Shown here in pieces: positions 9,589-17,151 of a stretch of 24,000 nucleotides of DNA (positions are counted from its first letter, which is position 1; each line of letters opens with the position of its first letter). The notes below the pieces were generated by a model that did not search any database, had not been told where the DNA came from, and was given only the letters and a program-made list of their open reading frames with translations. The DNA comes from Cronobacter phage S13. The DNA lies in the sequence record KC954775.1; one strand, written 5' to 3'. Position numbers and translations under genes: made by a program.

Positions 9589-11015
9589 TGTTACTTCCAA
9601 AAACAATTCTTTCTAACGTGTTATATAACAGCGAATATTTTTCCGTTGTTTGGCCCCATCTTCGTAATGATTATTTTTCCAGACAGGAACGAACTGTTTT
9701 TAACTTAATCAAGAAGTATCATGACGAACACAAATCAATTCCGTCTAAAAATGCTTTGATGATTAACCTAGAGTCTATGACTAAAATTAGTCAAGATGAA
9801 TTCGATTCTGCCAGGGATTTGATCAACGGACTTGAAACAACTCCCGAAGATTTGGCATGGTTGGTTGGTGAAACCGAAAAATATTGTCGCGATAAAGCAA
9901 TATATAACGCGACGAGTCGGGCAATCGAAATTCAAGAAAATGCAGCATTACCATTAGACGAGCAAGACAAGAGAATTCCTGATCTGGGTGCAATTCCCGA
10001 AATTCTACAAAGTGCGATTAGTATTAGTTTCGATACAACCGTTGGTCATGACTTCTTTGAAGATTACGAAAGTCGTTGGGAAATGTATCGTGAAAAAACG
10101 ATGAAAATTCCGTTCGGTATTCGTATTCTCGATATGATCACAAAACAAGGTGTCGAACGTCGAACCCTGAATCTGTTAATGGCGGGTGTTAACGTTGGTA
10201 AATCATTGGGTCTTTGTCATTTAGCGGCAACGTATTTGGCACAAGGTCGTAACGTTTTGTATGTTTCTATGGAAATGGCAGAGCATATGGTTGCCAAACG
10301 TATTGATGCCAACTTACTCGATGTTTCGATGGACGATATTGATGATGGTGTAATAACTTATTCATCATATAAAGCCCGTATGGAAAATCTGAGCAAGAAA
10401 GGTCTTGGTAAGCTGATTATCAAACAATTTCCGACCGGTGGTGCAAGTGTTAATCATATTAATGCATTGCTGAACGAACTGTGGACGAAACGTCAGTGGA
10501 AACCAGATATCATTATTGTCGATTATCTAGGAATCATGGCATCAAGTCGTATTAAAGTTTATTCCGAAAACAGTTACACGTTAGTTAAAGCGATTGCCGA
10601 AGAACTTCGTGGTTTAGCGATTGAACACAACGTGGTTGTATGGTCGGCAGCGCAGACAACACGAGCAGGTTGGGATTCATCCGACATCAATATGTCAGAC
10701 ATCGCAGAATCGGCCGGTCTTGCAGCTACAGCAGACTTTATATTGGCAATGATGGAAACTCCAGATCTTGCTGAATTAGGTCAGCAGTTATTCAAGCAAA
10801 TCAAATCTCGTTACGGTGATAAAAATCGAAATAACAAATTCACGATGTTGGTTGAAAAGGATAAGCAACGTTGGTTACAGTGTGAAGATACTGGAACAGA
10901 TCCAAAAACTGTAGAGCAAGCATCCCGCGAAATGCAAGTCCAAGCAAATGAAAACGCAACTCAGCGTAAGAAAATGCAAGACTTCATGAATGCCGACGAA
11001 GTAGAATGGGAGTAA
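9588..11015 (+). CDS. 41: gp41-like replicative DNA helicase (DnaB family)
   Basis: MAGVNVGKSLGLCHLAA, SMEMAEHMVAKRIDANLLDVSMDDIDDG, IIIVDYLGI, VYSENSYTLVKAIAEELRGLA, QIKSRYGDKN resemble T4 gp41. Confidence 0.97.
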   Translation: MLLPKTILSNVLYNSEYFSVVWPHLRNDYFSRQERTVFNLIKKYHDEHKSIPSKNALMINLESMTKISQDEFDSARDLINGLETTPEDLAWLVGETEKYCRDKAIYNATSRAIEIQENAALPLDEQDKRIPDLGAIPEILQSAISISFDTTVGHDFFEDYESRWEMYREKTMKIPFGIRILDMITKQGVERRTLNLLMAGVNVGKSLGLCHLAATYLAQGRNVLYVSMEMAEHMVAKRIDANLLDVSMDDIDDGVITYSSYKARMENLSKKGLGKLIIKQFPTGGASVNHINALLNELWTKRQWKPDIIIVDYLGIMASSRIKVYSENSYTLVKAIAEELRGLAIEHNVVVWSAAQTTRAGWDSSDINMSDIAESAGLAATADFILAMMETPDLAELGQQLFKQIKSRYGDKNRNNKFTMLVEKDKQRWLQCEDTGTDPKTVEQASREMQVQANENATQRKKMQDFMNADEVEWE

Positions 11016-11049
11016 TACTCCCTAAATAATCTCTTTATAGGAGAGAAAA

Positions 11050-11613
11050 ATGTCCGTTATTAAACGTACGGTTGATCGAGTGTATGCAGTTAGAATCATG
11101 ACAATTCTTTCAAGAGAATTTCCTGAATGGCCCGCATTTAAACTCGGAATAATTGACGCTTTAGGAAATCTTATAAAGCGTCCTAAAACAAGCGAAGAAA
11201 AAGCGGCATACACTCGATTGGACGCAGTTTTGCGTCCGATTAAAGTATTGCTGAATAAATTTCCTGGTGGGGTGTCCGCGCTCGCTCGCGCATATCTGAT
11301 CAAAAGTTTTTTGTTTGAACAAGGTGAAATAAACAAACTAGATTACGTAGAGTTAATGGGTCAAACGTCTTATTTGATTAATAAGATTGACGAAGACTTA
11401 GACAAAGAGACTGTTTCGGAACTTCTGGAATCGCTAGTAGGACTGCGAGACTATAATTCTGAGTTGGTGTCTATCTTTGAAGAAATGATTGCAGGCGATG
11501 CAGGAGGCGATGCAGAAACTATCTCTAAAGGTGAGAATAGTGGCTCAGTAACTTTTCCGGGTCCTTCAAAACCCAGAAAGAAGAAAAAAGTTGACAGCAA
11601 GACCGAAAGTTGA
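11050..11613 (+). CDS. conserved-looking hypothetical protein (187 aa) between helicase and primase genes
   Basis: Complete ORF; RTVDRVYAVRIMTIL N-terminal region and a lysine-rich C-terminus (KPRKKKKVDSK). Function not established. Confidence 0.8.
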   Translation: MSVIKRTVDRVYAVRIMTILSREFPEWPAFKLGIIDALGNLIKRPKTSEEKAAYTRLDAVLRPIKVLLNKFPGGVSALARAYLIKSFLFEQGEINKLDYVELMGQTSYLINKIDEDLDKETVSELLESLVGLRDYNSELVSIFEEMIAGDAGGDAETISKGENSGSVTFPGPSKPRKKKKVDSKTES

Positions 11614-11619
11614 TAATAT
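11591..11619 (+). promoter_or_regulatory. candidate sigma70-like promoter for gene 61
   Basis: TTGACA-17-TAATAT (or TTGACA-15-GATAAT), overlapping the end of the upstream CDS. Confidence 0.45.
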
Positions 11620-11620
11620 A

Positions 11621-11645
11621 GCCCTTACATTGTGAGGGCATTTTT
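11621..11645 (+). terminator. Rho-independent terminator / SD-sequestering hairpin upstream of gene 61
   Basis: GCCCTTAC-ATT-GTGAGGGC (8 bp, one G-U) followed by ATTTTT. The GAGGG in the 3' arm is the only apparent SD for the ATG at 11646. Confidence 0.8.
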
Positions 11646-12752
11646 ATGATTACAATTTACGAAAAGAACATAGCTCAAACGATCGGATTAACTTACGAAC
11701 GTTGTAAAATAATGAGCATGAATCCAGTTAAAATCAACTTTCGTTGTCCTCATTGCGGTGACTCGATGAAGAATGCCTCGATGACTCGTGGTTGGTTTTA
11801 CGAATACGAAGGTGGACTTCGTTATGGATGCTTTAACTGCAACTATAATGTTCCGATCGGAACATATTTGAAAGAACATTTTCCTGAATATTTTCGTGGT
11901 TGGCTTCGTGATCGTCGAGGTAATGAACCAAGACGTGAAGAAAGCAAAGAAAAAGAATTATTCAGTATCAAAGCACCAGTTGTAGAAAAACTCCCGTTTT
12001 GTGATAAAATCAGTGAACTTCCTGATGAACATCCTGCAAAGAAATATATGTTGAATCGTATGATTCCTAGAGATCAGTTGGATCGTTTTTATTTCACAAT
12101 GGAATGGAAGAAAGTCGCGAATCACGTTTTCAAAGGAACATACGAAGACGATTCCGAGAAAGAACCTCGTTTGGTTATTCCTATTCTCACTCGCGAAGGT
12201 AAAATGGAAGCAATTCAAGGACGAGCGTTACGCAAAAACGAGAATATTCGTTATATAACGATTAAGACTCACGAACACGCCAATAAGATATTTGGCTGTG
12301 AAAAAGTCGATAACAGTTCGAAACCTGTTTTTGTTTTCGAAGGACCAATTGACTCAGTTTTTATTCCGAACGGTATAGCGATGGCCGGTGGACAAGTCGA
12401 TATGAACGTTGTTCCGTTCAGAGACCGAAGAGTCTGGGTTCTTGATAACGAGAATCGAAGTCCTGATACAATGAAACGTTATGAAAAGTTAATTGAATCA
12501 GGTGAAAGCGTGGTGTTATGGGACCAAGCACCATGGACATCAAAAGATGTTAACGATATGGTTCAAAAAGAAAACGCTGATCCAGTTGCAATTTATGATT
12601 ATTTGTGTAATAATATTGTCTCTGGATTAAGAGCAACTAACCGATTTAGTAGATGGAAGAAAAATGACCGTAAAAGTAATTCGAACCGAAGCAGCACAAA
12701 CTCTAGAAATGCCACTGCCGACTTACGCAACCGCCTCCAGCGCAGGGCTTGA
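11646..12752 (+). CDS. 61: gp61-like DNA primase
   Basis: Zinc-binding FRCPHCGDS...CFNCNY, EPRLVIPI, QGRALRKN..YITI, VFEGPIDSVFI, DRRVWVLDNE.R.PDT, W.SKDVNDM resemble T4 gp61. Confidence 0.95.
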   Translation: MITIYEKNIAQTIGLTYERCKIMSMNPVKINFRCPHCGDSMKNASMTRGWFYEYEGGLRYGCFNCNYNVPIGTYLKEHFPEYFRGWLRDRRGNEPRREESKEKELFSIKAPVVEKLPFCDKISELPDEHPAKKYMLNRMIPRDQLDRFYFTMEWKKVANHVFKGTYEDDSEKEPRLVIPILTREGKMEAIQGRALRKNENIRYITIKTHEHANKIFGCEKVDNSSKPVFVFEGPIDSVFIPNGIAMAGGQVDMNVVPFRDRRVWVLDNENRSPDTMKRYEKLIESGESVVLWDQAPWTSKDVNDMVQKENADPVAIYDYLCNNIVSGLRATNRFSRWKKNDRKSNSNRSSTNSRNATADLRNRLQRRA

Positions 12753-13125
12753 TCTTCGCGCTTGCATGGACGAAGAAATTCATCTTGCACCCGGTATGAC
12801 CACAATGATCAAATCTGGTCTGAAAATGGACATGCGAGGTGAAAAGAAACTTCTGATGGGCATGATCGTTCCTCGTTCCGGTCTGGGTGTTAAACACGGT
12901 ATCGTTCTGAGTAATCTGACCGGTATTATCGACGCTGATTATCAAGGTGAAATCGGCATTTCTGTCTGGAATCGTTCTAACATGACCTATGTCATTAAGC
13001 CTCAAGAGCGTATCTGCCAGATGATCTTTGTCGAAGTCGTTCAACCGAAATTCGTTGAAGTGAAGGAATTCGATGATAAATCCGAGCGCGGTGAAGGCGG
13101 CTTCGGTCACACAGGTACCAACTAA
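12664..13125 (+). CDS. dut: trimeric-type dUTPase (dUTP diphosphatase)
   Basis: SSAGLDLRA, VPRSGLGVKHGI, NLTGIIDADYQGEI, ERICQMI, RGEGGFGHTG: the canonical dUTPase motifs. Confidence 0.95.
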   Translation: MTVKVIRTEAAQTLEMPLPTYATASSAGLDLRACMDEEIHLAPGMTTMIKSGLKMDMRGEKKLLMGMIVPRSGLGVKHGIVLSNLTGIIDADYQGEIGISVWNRSNMTYVIKPQERICQMIFVEVVQPKFVEVKEFDDKSERGEGGFGHTGTN

Positions 13126-13802
13126 TGTCAAAACCAGTTGATTTCATTATTGACTTTGAAACACTGGGCAACTTACCAGACGGTGCTCTGATTGATTGCG
13201 CCGTTGTTCCCTTCGTGAACGATCCTGAGAACGTTCCTAGTTTTCAGGAACTGGTAGCAGCCGGTAAAAAAGTCAAGTTCGATTTAAGCGAACAGAAAAA
13301 TTTAAAACTTCGTCATTTTGATCCGTCTGTTATCAAATGGTGGAAAGAACAAGAAGAAGCGGCACGTATTAACCTGAAACCAGGTCCTGATGATGTGACG
13401 CTTAAAGAAGGTCTTGCTCAGATTCACAAACACTTACGCGATGCAGGTGTTAAGCAGTCAAGTTCCCACGGTTGGGCACGAGGCACAGCTTTCGACTTTT
13501 CTATGTACGTGACTTGGATCAGAAACGTGACAGGAAATCGTGAAACTTTTGATGATGAAGTTGTTCGATTCTGGTCACAACGCGATATTCGTACCGCGAT
13601 TGAAGAAAATCTTGGTGTGAGATGGATGACTGAAACCCCATTACCTATGGGAACCCTGGATGGATTCGTCGCACATGATAGCATTCACGACTGTGCTAAG
13701 GACATCCTAATGTTGTTGTTCGCAAAACGATACGCATATGGACTCGAAGATATGCCATCTCCTGAAGATGCTGATCCACGCAGTCTCAAGAAGAAACGAT
13801 AG
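13125..13802 (+). CDS. dexA: DexA-like exonuclease A (DnaQ-fold 3'-5' exonuclease)
   Basis: FIIDFETLG, KFDLSEQK, FWSQRDIRT, LPMGTLDGFVAHDSIHDCAKDI closely resemble T4 DexA. Confidence 0.95.
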   Translation: MSKPVDFIIDFETLGNLPDGALIDCAVVPFVNDPENVPSFQELVAAGKKVKFDLSEQKNLKLRHFDPSVIKWWKEQEEAARINLKPGPDDVTLKEGLAQIHKHLRDAGVKQSSSHGWARGTAFDFSMYVTWIRNVTGNRETFDDEVVRFWSQRDIRTAIEENLGVRWMTETPLPMGTLDGFVAHDSIHDCAKDILMLLFAKRYAYGLEDMPSPEDADPRSLKKKR

Positions 13803-13808
13803 CAAATC

Positions 13809-13829
13809 GCCCACTTTTGTGGGCTTTTT
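13809..13829 (+). terminator. Rho-independent terminator after dexA
   Basis: GCCCAC-TTTT-GTGGGC followed by TTTTT. Confidence 0.92.
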
Positions 13830-13945
13830 CTTGCTTTCCGTCCACGATTTGATATTATTCATAGCATAACGAAACAGATTGCAACAAAAGAAATGATGAA
13901 AATATCGATTGCATCAACAAAGAAATTGTTGTAATCTAAAAAAGT

Positions 13946-13986
13946 GATCGAGTTATCTCTATAAGACTATAAGAAATAATTCGATC
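13946..13986 (+). repeat. 11-bp inverted repeat (one mismatch/GU) with TATAAG -10-like elements in its 19-nt loop
   Basis: GATCGAGTTAT-CTCTATAAGACTATAAGAA-ATAATTCGATC. No good -35. Confidence 0.6.
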
Positions 13987-13991
13987 AAAAT

Positions 13992-14014
13992 GGGGGCAAA
14001 GCCCTCGCGTAGCG
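13992..14014 (+). promoter_or_regulatory. structured leader upstream of ORF 14031 (small adjacent hairpins)
   Basis: GGGGGC-AAA-GCCCTC and the alternative CGC-GTA-GCG immediately before SD GAGGA (14019-14023). Confidence 0.4.
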
Positions 14015-14030
14015 AACTGAGGAAATTGTT

Positions 14031-14216
14031 ATGACTAAAGAAATCCAAATCAACGAAGATCGTTTCTATGATATTCTGTTTGACAACACCAAATCTGTTG
14101 TCGAGAAACGCTCTGAAAAATCCAACTTTCATCTGACATCTTTGATTGTTGATGGTGTTTTGAAAGCATGGCGTGAAATTACATCCGAAGGGATCATTTA
14201 TATGGAGATCAAATAA
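14031..14216 (+). CDS. small hypothetical protein (61 aa)
   Basis: Good SD (GAGGA) and overlap with the next ORF's start (TAATG). Confidence 0.7.
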   Translation: MTKEIQINEDRFYDILFDNTKSVVEKRSEKSNFHLTSLIVDGVLKAWREITSEGIIYMEIK

Positions 14217-14566
14217 TGAATCCGTCTAACTTTATTGCCCGAGTGTTCAAAGTTTGGAAAGGAACCGCCTCACAGGACGAGCGTGGGGGACGTGAATTCA
14301 CGGTCGGATACTACTTCAATCGATTTGATGCAGATGAAGATGTGAAAGGTCAAGGTTTTTGGGGTTCCGATGGTCGCGTTCAATCCCAACAAATCGAAGT
14401 TGTAGAAGTTGAGGTGAACGGTGAGAAAATGATTTTTCCGCTTCAAAGCCGTATTGAAGTCTTCTACGAAAACCGTAAAAAGCGTGAAGCAGAACTGGAA
14501 CGAAATCGTAAAAACGGTCTCGCAAAATTAACTAAGGAAGAGCGTATTGCTCTGGGATTAGAATAA
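14216..14566 (+). CDS. hypothetical protein (116 aa)
   Basis: Complete ORF, tightly packed between neighbours (TAATG overlaps). Confidence 0.8.
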   Translation: MNPSNFIARVFKVWKGTASQDERGGREFTVGYYFNRFDADEDVKGQGFWGSDGRVQSQQIEVVEVEVNGEKMIFPLQSRIEVFYENRKKREAELERNRKNGLAKLTKEERIALGLE

Positions 14567-15057
14567 TGATCAATCAAATTTATCATGCTTCTGATGAAGT
14601 GAAATCACGCAGTCTTCATTCCGTTCATCTGATGATTGACGAAGAAATGGGTGAATTAGCTCGCGCTATTAATCGTCCTGGGCGTTGCGATGAACCCGCA
14701 TTCAATGAACTGTGTGATGTTATTATCTGCTTAGCCGACATGATGTGGCTTTGTGACAGTTACGGCGCGATTTTACACCATACCGATACCCGTTATGAAA
14801 ACGAATTGAAAAAGTGGTTCAAACGCGCTTATCCACGCGATGAATATCTTGTTTTTCAAGAACTCAAGAAAGAAGTGAATGCGATTGATTTAAACCGAGA
14901 CACCTCCCACGTTTTCCAGCGTTGTGCCGATTCAATGAACGTTTGTATGTCAATGTTGAGAACTTTTGAACCTACGTTGACCTATGAAGAACTGGTTACA
15001 TTAACTCGCGTTATCATTGCACGTAAGTGTGCTAAATGGGTAGGACTCAAACAATGA
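14566..15057 (+). CDS. MazG-like nucleotide pyrophosphohydrolase-family protein
   Basis: IDEEMGELARAINRPGRCDEPAFNELCDVIICLADM fits the MazG/all-alpha NTP pyrophosphatase EExxE...ExxD pattern. Confidence 0.65.
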   Translation: MINQIYHASDEVKSRSLHSVHLMIDEEMGELARAINRPGRCDEPAFNELCDVIICLADMMWLCDSYGAILHHTDTRYENELKKWFKRAYPRDEYLVFQELKKEVNAIDLNRDTSHVFQRCADSMNVCMSMLRTFEPTLTYEELVTLTRVIIARKCAKWVGLKQ

Positions 15058-15224
15058 TCGGACCACGCGATGAAATTGTTATGAAATACCAGATCAAAGT
15101 TCGTATGGACGTAAACGGTGATTGGTTGGTAATCAAACCTTCTGTAGAGTATAAGGAAGTTAACACAATGGTTGCCCACTATAAACTTTCATGGCGTTAC
15201 GTCAAAGCTGAAAGAATTAGTTGA
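15054..15224 (+). CDS. small hypothetical protein (56 aa)
   Basis: ATGA overlap with the preceding ORF suggests translational coupling; an alternative start is 15081. Confidence 0.55.
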   Translation: MIGPRDEIVMKYQIKVRMDVNGDWLVIKPSVEYKEVNTMVAHYKLSWRYVKAERIS

Positions 15225-15248
15225 CAATAAAACAGGATGTGATATGAT
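15221..15248 (+). promoter_or_regulatory. strong sigma70-like promoter upstream of gene 39
   Basis: TTGACA (15221-15226), 16-bp spacer, TATGAT (15243-15248). Confidence 0.8.
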
Positions 15249-15261
15249 GCACATCCTGTTT
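15230..15261 (+). repeat. 12-bp perfect inverted repeat with the -10 hexamer in its loop
   Basis: AAACAGGATGTG-ATATGATG-CACATCCTGTTT. Confidence 0.95.
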
Positions 15262-15276
15262 AAATTAAGGACTAAG

Positions 15277-17118
15277 ATGAAAAAGAATGAAATTAAAATT
15301 CTGACCGACAAAGAACATATTCTGTTAAACAGCGATATGTATGTTGGAAGTCTTGCGATGGAAGAAAAAGAAATTCTTTCTCATGGCAAGTTCATTAAAA
15401 AGAAAATCGTTCCCGCGTTGCAGAAAATCGGTGATGAAATCATCGATAACTCAGTGGATGAAGCCATTCGAACTGGATTCAAATTTGCAAACGTGATTGA
15501 AGTTACTATCACGGGAGCGGAAATGACTGTTCGAGATAACGGTCGAGGACTTCCTCAGACTCCTGTTCTGACTCCTGAAGGAGAAGAAATCCCTGGTCCT
15601 GTTGCAGCATGGACGAGAGCACGAACTGGTGGTAACTTTGAAAAGGGTCGAACCACAATAGGTAAGAACGGTGTAGGATCCGCATTAACCAACTTCTTTA
15701 GTGACAAGTTTGTCGGTGAAACTTGCGACGGTAAAAATACTGTTCAAGTATTCTGTACGAATAACGCTGATAATATCAGTCACAAAATTAAAAAGGGTGG
15801 TAAGCAAGGAACGAAAGTTAGCTTTATGCCAGATTTCGAGAAATTCGGTGTAATGCGTTTTGACGACGAAATCATTGAAGTCTTCGAAAGTCGTTTACAG
15901 ACTCTTGCGGTTGCTTTCCCTGAAATTACTTTCAAATTCAACGGAAAGAAAATCAGTAATAACGTTAAAAACTTCGTTAAAGAATTCGGTGAAACAATCG
16001 AACATAAAAACGATAATTCATTAATTTTCTTTGCTTGTGGCGAAGACGGTCTGAAAAACGTCAGTTTCGTTAACGGTGTTCATACTAAAAACGGTGGTTC
16101 TCACGTCGAGGACTTGGTGAATGCTGTTGCCGACGAACTAATTCCGATGATCAAACGTCAACATAAAGTTGAAATCAACCGAGCGAGAATTCGCGAAATG
16201 TTGACAGTCGGTGTTTTCTTGCGTAACTTTGAAGACTCAAAGTTTGACAGTCAGACAAAAGATCGACTGACGAGCACCTGGGGACAGGTTAAAGCTCATA
16301 TCGATTTGGACATCACAAAGTTTGCTCGAAAGTTCCTGAAGTGTGAAGCTCTGATTATGCCGATCATCGAAGCTGCATTAATTCGTAAAGAAGCAGCCGA
16401 CAAAGCAGCCGCAACGAAGGCACAGAAGAAAGCCAAACAAGCTAAGGTCGCGAAGCATATTAAAGCGAACTTAGTAGATGATCCCAAGCGAACTCGCAAG
16501 ACCACGCTATTCCTAACAGAAGGTGATTCAGCATTGGGTTATCTCGCAAAAGTTGGTGATCCGGATATTCACGGTGGGTTTCCACTTCGCGGTAAAGTCA
16601 AGAACATCTGGGACGAATCTGACGTTGATGTATTAGCGAATAAAGAACTTTTCGAGATCATGGCGATTCTTGATTTGCAGATTGGTAAAAAACCGTCATT
16701 TGCTTATTACGATTACATTGGCATCATGACCGATGCGGATCATGATGGTGTTGGTTCAATTTATCCTCTGTTGCTTGCTTTCTTCTTTAAATATTGGCCT
16801 TCACTGTTCGAAGAAGAACGTGTGATGTTCGTCAAAACTCCGGTGATTATCATTCAAGATCCGAAAGACTTGAGCAAAAATAAATGGTACTACTCAATTC
16901 CGGATTTTGAGAAAGAGAAAGAAAAACTTCCGAAAGGTTGGGAAGTTCGTTACATCAAAGGTCTTGGTTCGCTTGAAGAATCTGAGTATTCCCGAGTGAT
17001 CAACGATCCGGTTCTTGATGTTGTTAAAATGGACGACAATGCGAAAGAACTGTTTGAAATTCTTTATGGTGATGAACCACAACTTCGTAAAGATTGGCTT
17101 TCAGTTGATGTGAAATAA
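15277..17118 (+). CDS. 39: gp39-like DNA topoisomerase II large subunit (single polypeptide containing the region split into gp39 and gp60 in T4)
   Basis: MKKNEIKILTDKEHILLNSDMYVGS, VRDNGRGLPQ, NGVGSALTNFFS, TLFLTEGDSALGY, MTDADHDGVGSIYPLLLAFF, YIKGLGSLEESEY. ATG at 15277 with AAGGA SD; the listed start at 15172 is an extension through the promoter region. Confidence 0.96.
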   Translation: MKKNEIKILTDKEHILLNSDMYVGSLAMEEKEILSHGKFIKKKIVPALQKIGDEIIDNSVDEAIRTGFKFANVIEVTITGAEMTVRDNGRGLPQTPVLTPEGEEIPGPVAAWTRARTGGNFEKGRTTIGKNGVGSALTNFFSDKFVGETCDGKNTVQVFCTNNADNISHKIKKGGKQGTKVSFMPDFEKFGVMRFDDEIIEVFESRLQTLAVAFPEITFKFNGKKISNNVKNFVKEFGETIEHKNDNSLIFFACGEDGLKNVSFVNGVHTKNGGSHVEDLVNAVADELIPMIKRQHKVEINRARIREMLTVGVFLRNFEDSKFDSQTKDRLTSTWGQVKAHIDLDITKFARKFLKCEALIMPIIEAALIRKEAADKAAATKAQKKAKQAKVAKHIKANLVDDPKRTRKTTLFLTEGDSALGYLAKVGDPDIHGGFPLRGKVKNIWDESDVDVLANKELFEIMAILDLQIGKKPSFAYYDYIGIMTDADHDGVGSIYPLLLAFFFKYWPSLFEEERVMFVKTPVIIIQDPKDLSKNKWYYSIPDFEKEKEKLPKGWEVRYIKGLGSLEESEYSRVINDPVLDVVKMDDNAKELFEILYGDEPQLRKDWLSVDVK

Positions 17119-17122
17119 AAGA

Positions 17123-17151
17123 TTGACAAGAAATCTTGATGCACTTACAAT
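17123..17151 (+). promoter_or_regulatory. strong sigma70-like promoter upstream of ORF 17180 / rIIA
   Basis: TTGACA (17123-17128), 17-bp spacer, TACAAT (17146-17151). Confidence 0.8.

Noticed and set aside
11016-11049. Weak CTCC...GGAG pairing in the short leader of ORF 11050
   Set aside because: Bulged, long-loop pairing with few pairs; indistinguishable from chance.
15172-15276. Upstream in-frame extension of gene 39 (MPTINFHGVTSKLKELVDNK...)
   Set aside because: It runs through the strong promoter and 12-bp dyad. T4-like gp39 similarity begins at MKKNEIKIL (15277), which has a good SD.
15277-17118. Search for a T4 gene 60-like translational bypass or a 39/60 split
   Set aside because: The frame is continuous with all topoisomerase motifs; no bypass needed.
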